Sequence record: PV029745.1
DNA: 64,000 nt
Direction: 5' to 3' (one strand)
The notes beneath the pieces are model-generated. The model had not been told where the DNA came from. It did not search any database and saw only the letters and a program-made list of their open reading frames with translations. Position numbers and translations under genes: made by a program. Of the stretch, positions 18,511-27,409 are shown one piece after another; within the stretch, counting starts at the first letter, position 1, and every line of letters begins with the position of its first letter.

Positions 18511-19338
18511 TCAGCGTAATAGCGCGTAACATTCTTTAAGTTCTTTACTGCCATGAGTTGTAATGTCATGATAGATTTTGTCTTGTGTAGTTACAGGCGA
18601 CCAACGTCTCGAAGCAGCTAACTGTTTCAGCTGGGCCTTAATAGCTTTTGGTTGTGCATCGAAAACAACGCTATCGCCAAACACTTGTAGAGTGAATTTA
18701 GTGAATGGGATGGGCGTATCCTCTTTTATGCCGTTAAGCTTGGTGTACCACAAGTTGTACGGTTTTATTTTCCCTGTGTGGGATTCCAACAAAAGAAGAC
18801 GATCGAAATATTGTTTCCACAATAGCTCATGTGGAAAATGGGTAACCAAAGCGATCGTACCTTGGGTCCTTACTGGAGCTTTATCGATCTCCATCACTTC
18901 TATTCCTGCATCTTTCATTTGATGCAGAAGTTCAATTGCCGCGTAACGTTCGTATACTTCATATGCCATTTGTTTTGGCGTTTTGGCTTCTTTATAAATA
19001 GCCTTGGGGTATTCCCACTTGACCGCGTCTTTAGATGCGATATACCAACGCACCTTGACTTTCGATCCATGTTGCCCCAGTGCAACCGGAATTGTCTGTA
19101 TTTCCTGCATTAGGATTGTAACAGCATCAGCTGGATTAATGCCATGGACTTTATCCGTAGCTACAGCTGAATTAAGATTACGGGCCAATGTTCGAAGATT
19201 GACCCATATCTCTTTTACCGATTTAACGTCAATCGGATGCTTAGGTTGATTCGGGTGAATTCCTAAGAATCCCTCAAAGGCAAGAGAAGTACCGATACTA
19301 ACTGGAAGCTGTCCGACATCTCTTTCAATGAGTTCCAT
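18511..19338 (-). CDS. Conserved hypothetical protein (phiKZ gp66-like by synteny)
   Basis: 275 aa, coupled to the SbcD-like gene. Confidence 0.65.
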   Translation of the reverse strand: MELIERDVGQLPVSIGTSLAFEGFLGIHPNQPKHPIDVKSVKEIWVNLRTLARNLNSAVATDKVHGINPADAVTILMQEIQTIPVALGQHGSKVKVRWYIASKDAVKWEYPKAIYKEAKTPKQMAYEVYERYAAIELLHQMKDAGIEVMEIDKAPVRTQGTIALVTHFPHELLWKQYFDRLLLLESHTGKIKPYNLWYTKLNGIKEDTPIPFTKFTLQVFGDSVVFDAQPKAIKAQLKQLAASRRWSPVTTQDKIYHDITTHGSKELKECYALLR

Positions 19339-19340
19339 AT

Positions 19341-20486
19341 TTAATTCCTAACGAACTGTGCCAACCTTTCAAGACAACGGACTTGTATGGTCTGATCATC
19401 AGTGACTTTTGAAATCTCTTCTTTAAGAAGATCACTAATTGTCTCTGGTGTAATAGCGATAAACTTAGACATGTCAAATTCTTTTAGACTTGTCGCTACA
19501 CTATTCTTTTTCTTAGTAGCTTTTTCCACCAAGACAGACCATTCGTAGTTAGGATACTCAACTCGAAATGTTTCGATATCGCCGTTAGCTACGTCCATTG
19601 GGTCACAACGCAGTCGTATAGCAGAATACTTGGGTAGTTCTGCTAAGGTTTCTTTTACTTTATTAAGAAGTTGTTTAGTATCATAACCGTGAACTTCTAA
19701 AGTAACATACTTCTTAGCATTCTTGTTCTTTATAAATGTCGCCGTGAAATTACCATCCTCACGAACGATAAAATGAAACAACCCTTTATCGATCTCATCG
19801 CCATGACAGATTCGATCGAAAGAACCAGCTGCGTAAATTCTATCATTAATAGTCATGTTGTGGACATGACCAATTAAGATCTGATGTTTTACTAAAGCTA
19901 AGTATTCTTCTTCATCGTGAGTTGGTTCTTCTACAATGGAAGGTAGCTGATAACTAAATGCACCATGCATAATAGCAAAGTCAACCTTCTCTATGCCCAG
20001 TGAAGCCATCTGTTCTTTTACCTGCGATAAAGTAACAGCTGTTGATGGATGCCATTTATCTGGGACATAAAGAAAATGTGCATCGAGCTTCTCAATATAC
20101 TCAATTGACAGTGTCTTAGAGTAATGGAGATCGACTGGAATATTTACGTTTACTTTTTGCTCTACAAAGAACTGGGTTTGTTCCCTATCATGGCTAGGTG
20201 TACCTTCAACTATTCTGAGCATCACGTTATTTGCAGCGCAGCGCATCATGAACGTTGTTGCCCAACGGTTTATCTGATGTACAGATTCATCACCGTAGTT
20301 AAGCTGTCGGTCGAATAGGTCACCAGTAATAATGACCATATCGAGTTCCTTTAACATCTTATCTGTAATAACTTTATCTAAGTTTAACAGAATATGAGAG
20401 GTAGGAGTTGTCCGATGACCTAGGTGAATATCACCTAGGCTTATATATCGAAATGTACCGGGGAACTTTGTTTTATCAGTCTTCAT
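19341..20486 (-). CDS. SbcD/Mre11-like metallophosphoesterase nuclease (phiKZ gp65-like)
   Basis: Motifs GDIHLG, GDLFD, GTPSHD, MHG, GHVH, AGS; start moved to ATG20486. Confidence 0.9.
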   Translation of the reverse strand: MKTDKTKFPGTFRYISLGDIHLGHRTTPTSHILLNLDKVITDKMLKELDMVIITGDLFDRQLNYGDESVHQINRWATTFMMRCAANNVMLRIVEGTPSHDREQTQFFVEQKVNVNIPVDLHYSKTLSIEYIEKLDAHFLYVPDKWHPSTAVTLSQVKEQMASLGIEKVDFAIMHGAFSYQLPSIVEEPTHDEEEYLALVKHQILIGHVHNMTINDRIYAAGSFDRICHGDEIDKGLFHFIVREDGNFTATFIKNKNAKKYVTLEVHGYDTKQLLNKVKETLAELPKYSAIRLRCDPMDVANGDIETFRVEYPNYEWSVLVEKATKKKNSVATSLKEFDMSKFIAITPETISDLLKEEISKVTDDQTIQVRCLERLAQFVRN

Positions 20487-21087
20487 AATCGTCGTCAAAT
20501 GAGCTTGTATCAGCCTGTTGACGTACACTACCATTAGACCCTTTAACGGGAACACCCCCGGCGAGGGTGTACAATGGATTCCCACTTTCATCTTCGAAAG
20601 TGCGGTTGTACATCGCCAGGATGTTAGCTAAAGGAATGAGAACACTTTTGTCCACGGTTGTAGTAATAGATACACTACTTAAGAACTCCGTGATATACGG
20701 TTCAAGATCTTGCAGAGACCTTTCACGTTCAATAGCAATGTAATCTACTACATGTGAAATAGATGCAGTTGTAGCATCGGCTGCCCATGAGGTAGCTGGC
20801 CTGGGATACAAAGCTGGTACAGTAAAAAGAATCTTCGGCTCTGCTTCATTAGAAGCTACACGCAGAGGATTTGTCAATTCTAGTACGTATTTCCGATAAC
20901 GGGTTAAGTTATCAGTATCCCATGGTCTTACTAGTAGGGGTAAGACCTCTTTCACAAACCTGTCTTCCAGGATAATGGGCAACTGCATCTCGTCGTTTGC
21001 GATGATTGTATTCAGACAATCATCGATTCCACGCGTTACATGACGTGCGCGGATTTCTTCAGCTGTATCAGTTTGATACTGGCTCAT
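20476..21087 (-). CDS. Conserved hypothetical protein
   Basis: 203 aa, acidic C-terminus, overlaps both neighbours. Confidence 0.65.
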   Translation of the reverse strand: MSQYQTDTAEEIRARHVTRGIDDCLNTIIANDEMQLPIILEDRFVKEVLPLLVRPWDTDNLTRYRKYVLELTNPLRVASNEAEPKILFTVPALYPRPATSWAADATTASISHVVDYIAIERERSLQDLEPYITEFLSSVSITTTVDKSVLIPLANILAMYNRTFEDESGNPLYTLAGGVPVKGSNGSVRQQADTSSFDDDYED

Positions 21088-21658
21088 TCAATTCTCCTTG
21101 TACTTTTTCAAGTGCATCTTTAGAAGCAAGGATATTAATGACGATTGCATTCTGACCTTCAAACAGTTCATCATGTTGCTTCAGGTATTGAACGAATGGT
21201 TCGGTTCCATGGTTTTGGATTTGATCGGGGGTATTAATAGATGCGAAATCAATACCACCATCTTCTCGTTTGGTTGCAATTACACTATTCTCGTGTGCCG
21301 TTACGTTAACACCATCAACAACTTCAATAGTAAAACCATAACGACGTGTGGATACTTCTTGAGTCATATGCTCAAGACTTTCACGAAGGCTATTATTCAA
21401 CCCACCAAAGAAACTAGAGAGAATCTTAATGACACGGAGTTCATGTAGATCTTCCGATTGGGTCAGTGCTTCCAAAATTTGTTTAATAGCCTTTTCAGAA
21501 ACATGAAGCCTTTCGCTCAGCCGTTCTACCATGCGATTAAGATGTTCCACTCGTTGAATGAGTGCATCTGTTTCATTAAGGTCAGGAGCAGATTTAACAT
21601 CTGATTCCCCATCGACCAGTACCTGTGCTTCTTCCATTTGAGAATCAAGATTCGACAT
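21068..21658 (-). CDS. Hypothetical coiled-coil protein
   Basis: Start moved to ATG21658; heptad-like N-terminal half. Confidence 0.6.
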   Translation of the reverse strand: MSNLDSQMEEAQVLVDGESDVKSAPDLNETDALIQRVEHLNRMVERLSERLHVSEKAIKQILEALTQSEDLHELRVIKILSSFFGGLNNSLRESLEHMTQEVSTRRYGFTIEVVDGVNVTAHENSVIATKREDGGIDFASINTPDQIQNHGTEPFVQYLKQHDELFEGQNAIVINILASKDALEKVQGELNEPVSN

Positions 21659-21662
21659 ATAT

Positions 21663-22067
21663 TTACCCGTTGTTGATATTAGCAATATTCACAATGTGTG
21701 AATTTTGGAATTGAACCAGTTTACCCACTGTATACTCTTTAGTACCATCAGTGACTATACCTGTAAACTGAATGGAGAATGCATCCGGATTATCTGGACT
21801 CGCTGGAACAATACTAACCAAAGCCTGAGCTGATTCACCAAACACGGTTCGTAGTTTATTTGTTAGTACATCACGAAGCTGAATTTCCAGATTAAGGATA
21901 TCGTTAGCATATTCCTTCAGTAGATATTGAAGCGAAGTATTTTGTGTCCTATGTAACGTTGACATGGACCTATTTGTTGTAAGGAAAGTAGAGATGATGT
22001 AGTCTGCTTTGGATTCCATTGAGGTAATCCAACCATCAGTACCTAGTGTTGGGAGAGAGACTGTCAT
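21663..22067 (-). CDS. Conserved hypothetical protein, possibly T4 gp25-like
   Basis: 134 aa, GGAG RBS; helix-helix-strand pattern in the C-terminal half; fold is inferred. Confidence 0.6.
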   Translation of the reverse strand: MTVSLPTLGTDGWITSMESKADYIISTFLTTNRSMSTLHRTQNTSLQYLLKEYANDILNLEIQLRDVLTNKLRTVFGESAQALVSIVPASPDNPDAFSIQFTGIVTDGTKEYTVGKLVQFQNSHIVNIANINNG

Positions 22068-22097
22068 GGCAACTCCAAAAAAATAATAGGAAAGTAT

Positions 22098-22117
22098 GCG
22101 GAGTCCTAAGACTCCGC
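22098..22117 (-). terminator. Intrinsic terminator
   Basis: GCGGAGTC-CTAA-GACTCCGC with a T-run on the minus strand. Confidence 0.75.
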
Positions 22118-22134
22118 TAACTACATCATTGGAC

Positions 22135-22557
22135 TCAATCGGACTCCACGAAAAGGAAGTCTAAGAAAGGATGTCCGAATGGCAACTCAATCCTTTTTCG
22201 GGTATAGCCGCCACCGATAGCGTTGATTGCTTCCCAAATACGACCATCATGAATTTCCACGAAATGTACTTTATCATTAGGGTCATTGGAAATCTGTAGT
22301 TGAATCGTATCTGGGAATCCAGGGGGACCCATGACAATTATTTCATTTTTGTCAATTACTTCGACGCCATCACGTTCAATACAACAATACCATTTATTAC
22401 CGTCGCGATGTATCTTAACCATCTTATCGGGGTTATTGGCACAGTAAGTTACTACATTCATACGCCCTTTTTGAGCTTGTATTTTTTGAGCGTAACTATC
22501 GAGAATAGGGCGACGTGCTTTATTAGGATCGGCCTTAAACGACACCGGTTCGATCAT
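22135..22557 (-). CDS. Hypothetical protein
   Basis: 140 aa, AAGGA RBS, flanked by two hairpins. Confidence 0.65.
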   Translation of the reverse strand: MIEPVSFKADPNKARRPILDSYAQKIQAQKGRMNVVTYCANNPDKMVKIHRDGNKWYCCIERDGVEVIDKNEIIVMGPPGFPDTIQLQISNDPNDKVHFVEIHDGRIWEAINAIGGGYTRKRIELPFGHPFLDFLFVESD

Positions 22558-22585
22558 ACTAAATTCCTTATATCCTCGTTATAAA

Positions 22586-22605
22586 GGAGTCCCCTAAGGG
22601 ACTCC
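22586..22605. terminator. Intrinsic terminator
   Basis: GGAGTCCC-CTAA-GGGACTCC. Confidence 0.75.
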
Positions 22606-22615
22606 GTTTATGTTG

Positions 22616-23230
22616 TTAACCCAACAAGTTCCCTACAGGACTGGTTGGATCCATTTCGTTTTCATCTAGAGCAACATTCACAAGATTCCATGAACGGAGA
22701 ATATCAACCTTCTCGTAGAGAGAAAGCTCTTTATCACCTTCTGGGATTTCTTCGTAGAACTGCTTGACTACGGTGTGGTCATCATTGACAACCAGTACTT
22801 CGTCCATCACACGACGATAATCGTAATGGCGTTCGCCAACACGATCACCATGATGGTTTACATACGAATCAGCATAACCTTCAACCATGTTGTTCAGATA
22901 CATACCACGCAGGCGTTCTTGTGCCATGATGTATCGTTGCATGATCGGATTTGCGGTTTGCAATTGCTCTAACGTGTACAGTCCGTGAATGTTGTTAGAC
23001 ATCCAACTGTTATCCGTTTTAGCAACAATGTTCCGCATCGCCTGTACCGCTGTGCTGGTACTGATCATCTGGTAAAGATTTTGTGCTTGATCGAAGAACG
23101 AAGTTGCCATCGAACTCAGGTTACTACGAAGTGTCTGAGAACGTTCACCCAACCAGTTCGTGGTATTTTGATCCAGATGGCCACCAGCGACGATGTCCAT
23201 CAGATCGACGCCGTATGCCTGTTGTAACAT
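22616..23230 (-). CDS. Conserved hypothetical protein (possibly phiKZ gp59/Imp3-like)
   Basis: 204 aa, GGAG RBS, directly after the nvRNAP beta' N-terminal gene; homolog identity from synteny only. Confidence 0.55.
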   Translation of the reverse strand: MLQQAYGVDLMDIVAGGHLDQNTTNWLGERSQTLRSNLSSMATSFFDQAQNLYQMISTSTAVQAMRNIVAKTDNSWMSNNIHGLYTLEQLQTANPIMQRYIMAQERLRGMYLNNMVEGYADSYVNHHGDRVGERHYDYRRVMDEVLVVNDDHTVVKQFYEEIPEGDKELSLYEKVDILRSWNLVNVALDENEMDPTSPVGNLLG

Positions 23231-23250
23231 GGATTACTCCTCTTGGATCG

Positions 23251-24717
23251 TTAAGCTGCTTTCGCCAACCATTCTTCCAAGGACGGAAGATAGTCCTCGT
23301 GAGCATAGTTGATGATGGTCTCTACTACCGGACCTTGTAGTTCCAAGTTACCCGAGATCTCGTGCGGATCATCAGGACTCAGTACCCAAGTATGCGGAGC
23401 GATTCGTTCAGTTGCATCAGCCAGATAGTTATCGGGCATCAACGTCAAATTCAACTGATCGCCGTCGAAATCCGCATTAGGAGCTTTAAGACAGAGGACC
23501 GACATGCTGATCGAGTTATCGCGAATGTCATTCTTGATAACGGTGATGAAGAACTGTTGAGTCGAACCACGTTGCAGAGTCGGGTTGCGGTGGAATACAC
23601 AAGGAAGACCCTTATACTTCGATTCCGCGATGATCTCTTTGAACAGTTGATCGATGACTTCGTTGTACTTCAGAACGTTCTCGTAAATGAACGAGTTCGC
23701 TTGGCGAGTCGTCATACGGAATTTGCGTTTGAGCTTGTTGATCAGATGATACTTCAACAGCTGACAACCGACACCCCACGGAATGTGAAGTTCATCGTAA
23801 TCATGCGGATCACTGATAGAAGTAATTACTGCACGTGCAGTCAGGTTAAGACGACCACCTAGTACATGTCGACGAACCAAACCGGGTTTCTGTGCAATTC
23901 GTTGTTTGTCGTAGTTCTCGTGGAAGATAGCTAGAAGCTTCAGTGCACGAGCTACACGGTTTTGTACAGTGATTGGTTTCAGCGGAATTGCCGAACTACC
24001 GATACTACTAATAGTCAGTACCGCATCGATTGCTGCGCCGATCGGCTTATCGATGTAAACACCCGAGGTCGTAGACTCTACAACGAAGCAGAGTTTAGTT
24101 GGGATCGGAATGTTCTTCGGGAACAGATGTTCTTTATTCTGGTTAACGAATGCAGCCATCTCACCTTTGTTGGTATTGATGATACTGCTATCGAGCAAGA
24201 ACTGGAAGATCGTATCGAAGTTCTGAACGAAGTTGTTCAGTCCACGCGGGAACTGGCGAGCCAGCAACTTGTCAAGTTTCCGTTTTGTTTCCTTCGAACT
24301 GATCGTATCGTAATCGTACTGATACTGGGTGTTGGTCAGATACTCCAGGAAGTCGAATTCTTTCATCGACATATAACCTGAAAGCATAATCCACAACTCG
24401 GGACTCACCAGACGATCCACCCCTTCCGGTGCCCGAATCCACATCGATGGAACGATGGGTCGGTTGCTCGTGCTTACTACTGGTGTACCGCAGTTATCGC
24501 AGATTACCCCAAGCTTGTATGCTTCTGTGATATGCTCACAGTCACACGAAGCTGAGTTCTCGATCGCATCTGCATCCTGATAATGGGAGAACAGATAACG
24601 TTGGAATTCCTCCTTTTGTTCAGCATTGCTGGTATTAAAGTCATTAGCGAATACTACTTTACCTCTTTGGTTAGCGAGCATCTCGTCATGATTGACAACC
24701 TGAGCATATAGACCCAT
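23251..24717 (-). CDS. Non-virion RNA polymerase beta' N-terminal catalytic subunit (phiKZ gp55-56.1-like), uninterrupted
   Basis: 488 aa; KAPNADFDGDQ catalytic motif, N-terminal Zn finger (CDC...CDNC), GGRLNLTARAVI, RNPTL. Confidence 0.95.
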   Translation of the reverse strand: MGLYAQVVNHDEMLANQRGKVVFANDFNTSNAEQKEEFQRYLFSHYQDADAIENSASCDCEHITEAYKLGVICDNCGTPVVSTSNRPIVPSMWIRAPEGVDRLVSPELWIMLSGYMSMKEFDFLEYLTNTQYQYDYDTISSKETKRKLDKLLARQFPRGLNNFVQNFDTIFQFLLDSSIINTNKGEMAAFVNQNKEHLFPKNIPIPTKLCFVVESTTSGVYIDKPIGAAIDAVLTISSIGSSAIPLKPITVQNRVARALKLLAIFHENYDKQRIAQKPGLVRRHVLGGRLNLTARAVITSISDPHDYDELHIPWGVGCQLLKYHLINKLKRKFRMTTRQANSFIYENVLKYNEVIDQLFKEIIAESKYKGLPCVFHRNPTLQRGSTQQFFITVIKNDIRDNSISMSVLCLKAPNADFDGDQLNLTLMPDNYLADATERIAPHTWVLSPDDPHEISGNLELQGPVVETIINYAHEDYLPSLEEWLAKAA

Positions 24718-24750
24718 ACCTACTTCCTATTATGTCTCGACAAAAAAAGG

Positions 24751-24785
24751 AGATAGAAGCGGCTCCCGAAGGAGCCGCCTTATCT
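24751..24785 (-). terminator. Strong intrinsic terminator with cUUCGg loop
   Basis: Minus strand GCGGCTCC-TTCG-GGAGCCGC, stem extended by AGATA/TATCT, then CCTTTTTTT. Confidence 0.85.
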
Positions 24786-24789
24786 ACTA

Positions 24790-25253
24790 TCGATGGACCA
24801 CCAACGGAGCCTGGCACGATCCTAGCATCGTCTACAAAGCTTAACCTCCGCTCTTCTCTGTAGCACTTTGACACTAGGACCTTTTACCATCCATCGTTGT
24901 TTGATCACACGTTACCCAAGAGTAACTCCTTTCGGTTAAGTGATCTTTTAATACGGTTTACCTATTTCTGTTAAGAGTAGGTGGAACTTATATGTTCGCT
25001 TACCCAGTTACATCACCGTAAGTTTTATAACACACTGGGACTTTGGCAGGTCAATAATAAAATGTGAACGTCAGACCTTTATGGCGCTGGCGCCTGCAAT
25101 TGAGTTCACATTTAAATAACTAGTCGAGATCGGGTGGGTACTTTTAAACCCACGCGACCTCCTAGAACCTGTAATGTAATTCCCTCCACGCGCTTTCTCT
25201 TAAGTGTTGGCGTATCGCAAATTAAATTGAACCAGGTTAACTAGTTACTGTTC
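24790..25253 (-). ncRNA. Candidate large structured ncRNA or structured chmA 3' UTR
   Basis: No credible ORF; about 10 nested helices; G.U pairs favour the minus strand; contains a GAAA tetraloop. Confidence 0.5.
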
Positions 25254-27119
25254 TTAGTACAGAGTACCAACCGAACCTACCATGTTCATCTGGTAGCCGC
25301 CACCAACGCCCATGCCGTTGACAACCTGTGCGGTAGAACCGACAGCGAAGTCTTGGATCATGGTGTTGCCAACGAAGCGCTGAGCACCGAAGACCTGTGC
25401 AACGTTGTCCATTGCTACAGTCAGACCAGCAGCAGCAATCGCCTTATCCAGACCCTCGATGAACTTCGGGTTGAAGATACCACGATGTGCACGAGTGGTG
25501 TAGGTTACAGCACCCAGGAACGCACGGTCGTAGTTCTTGGATTGCTTGTTACGCAGTTCCGGATGGATGTTCGGGTTGCATTGAGTACCGTACCAGGACA
25601 TCCACTCTTGTTGGTTGCCCTCAGCAGCGTTCAGTGCGCCCAGTGCATCCAGGTCACGACGGTCACGTTTCTCGTCGCCATCCCAGTAGTAGCCCTTGTT
25701 CACTTCAGTGCCAGTCGATGCAATGATCGGCTGAGTGTTGAAGTCGAAGAAGCGCTCGAAGCCACCACCAACCAGGTTCTGTACAGCGCGAATGATCGCG
25801 GCAGTAGCTTTCTGTTGGTTCGGGCCACCCATGGCATCCAGGAAGATTACGTCCAGTGCTGCGTTGTCGCCCATGCGATCCAGATCGATCAGGAAGGACG
25901 GGTTCGGACGAACCATGCTCAGCATCAGATCAGCGAAGTTCTGATCGGTGAAGGTATCGGACTTGGTATCGATCTTCTTACCCAGGTTGGACAGCCAACC
26001 CAGAGCACCGATGTCACCCAGGTCTTTAACTTTACCAACTTGAGGCAGGAACTTACGAGCCCAAGCCTGGCCAGCGGTTACGCGGAAGGCGTTCGACAGA
26101 GCGAAGAGGTACAGTTCCAGAGTGTTTGCCTTGATCCAGTTGGCCTGACGAATGTCGGTTACCAGGATCGCCGGGGAGAACGGCGGCAGCGGTTGGGTCT
26201 GTTGACCGAACATCTGGGCTTGCGGAGTGGGGGTGTACTCCAGGGTTACTTGTACCGACACCTGGTTCAGCATGGTGTCTGCTTCGTAGAACTCGTTCTC
26301 TTGCTGACCTTGTTTCTTGGTACGGTTCAGGCTGATCACGATGTCGGACTTGATCGGGTTACCGACGCTGTCCATTACCGGACGACCGGAGAAGTCCATC
26401 TTGGCAGCCAGGGTTTCATCTTGGCCGCGCAGCATTGCGATCTGGAACGGAGTCTCGCCAGCTTTCTTAGCCAGAACGTCGTCACACAGGTTGACGGAAC
26501 GGATCAGAATGTCTTTCAGCAGGACTTCGTCTTTCAGATCGAATTCAGCCGGGATCGGCAGCGGGCCAGCCGGGTGTACTTCAGCCTTCGGACGACCGGT
26601 GGTCTGACGAACGAATTCGCAGATGCGGTTCCAGTACTGAACGGTGAATACGTCTTGTACTTCGACGTCTACATCGAAGCGATCGTGGCTCATGCCGTTC
26701 TGAATGGTAACCTGACGCGGAGGCAGGGTGATTGCCGGGTTCGGCATGATCAGCGGACGAACTACGATGATACCGTTACCACCAGCAGCGTGCTTGACGA
26801 TCAGCAGCGCGGAGTAGCCAACACGGTTGGCATCACGGTCGAAACGCAGAATCTGGAAATCGTTTTCCAGGTCTTGATGGTCGATGGCATCTTTGCCAAC
26901 GCGGGTCATTACTTGCAGCGCTTCGCTCGCACGGGCGTCGCCGCCATCAGTACGACCGGAACGTTTGAACATGTTCGGCAGGCCGGAAATACCGCCTTGC
27001 AGAGCTTGAGGTGCAGCTTGTTGCATACGAGGAGCTTCCTGTTGTGCGCGCGGAGCAGCTTGAGCCGGAGCGTTGTTGGCTTGAGCTTGAGTGTTTTGAG
27101 TTTCGGTATCACGAATCAT
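25254..27119 (-). CDS. chmA: Chimallin, the major phage nuclear shell protein (PhuN; phiKZ gp54 / 201phi2-1 gp105 family)
   Basis: 621 aa; MIRDT..., GGDARASEAL, FDRD, QENEFYE, LSNAFR, DIGALGW, DGDEKRDRRDLD match the 201phi2-1 chimallin as recalled; directly upstream of the nvRNAP beta' gene. Confidence 0.97.
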   Translation of the reverse strand: MIRDTETQNTQAQANNAPAQAAPRAQQEAPRMQQAAPQALQGGISGLPNMFKRSGRTDGGDARASEALQVMTRVGKDAIDHQDLENDFQILRFDRDANRVGYSALLIVKHAAGGNGIIVVRPLIMPNPAITLPPRQVTIQNGMSHDRFDVDVEVQDVFTVQYWNRICEFVRQTTGRPKAEVHPAGPLPIPAEFDLKDEVLLKDILIRSVNLCDDVLAKKAGETPFQIAMLRGQDETLAAKMDFSGRPVMDSVGNPIKSDIVISLNRTKKQGQQENEFYEADTMLNQVSVQVTLEYTPTPQAQMFGQQTQPLPPFSPAILVTDIRQANWIKANTLELYLFALSNAFRVTAGQAWARKFLPQVGKVKDLGDIGALGWLSNLGKKIDTKSDTFTDQNFADLMLSMVRPNPSFLIDLDRMGDNAALDVIFLDAMGGPNQQKATAAIIRAVQNLVGGGFERFFDFNTQPIIASTGTEVNKGYYWDGDEKRDRRDLDALGALNAAEGNQQEWMSWYGTQCNPNIHPELRNKQSKNYDRAFLGAVTYTTRAHRGIFNPKFIEGLDKAIAAAGLTVAMDNVAQVFGAQRFVGNTMIQDFAVGSTAQVVNGMGVGGGYQMNMVGSVGTLY

Positions 27120-27187
27120 GATTTGTTCCTATGTTTGTAACGTTTCTTGATCAAGAATGAGATCCAACAGTGTATTGGATTCAAAAC

Positions 27188-27214
27188 TGTTATATAGATC
27201 TCAGATTTTTTTTA
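27188..27214 (-). promoter_or_regulatory. Early promoter of chmA
   Basis: Minus strand AAAAAAAATCTGAGATCTATATAACA, about 70 nt upstream of the ATG. Confidence 0.7.
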
Positions 27215-27409
27215 ATGCAATATAGACCGGAGGACCCGCTATAAAAGCAAGGTCATTTGAGGACATTCAGTCTTCACATACTGTATTACATATTTGTTTC
27301 CTTAAGATTCAAACTTCAGTATGCAGTGATCTGGGGCATAGCTCAAATAGCAGGTCAGGACCTCACGGTCATTTCCTGTATTAAATAACTAGCCCCAGTA
27401 TTTCTTTTC

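Noticed and set aside
24686-24874. 62-aa minus-strand ORF in the structured region
   Set aside because: GTG start with a weak RBS; it runs through a strong terminator and into another gene in a different frame
24790-25253. Group I intron, RNase P or tmRNA identity for the structured element
   Set aside because: No P7 R/S sequences, no complete RNase P P4 motifs (only a partial AAAGUCC), no tRNA-like ends or tag; the flanking genes are intact
25353-27140. 595-aa + strand ORF antisense to chmA
   Set aside because: Shadow frame: chmA avoids TTA/CTA/TCA codons, so the antisense frame has no stops; no RBS and no protein-like motifs
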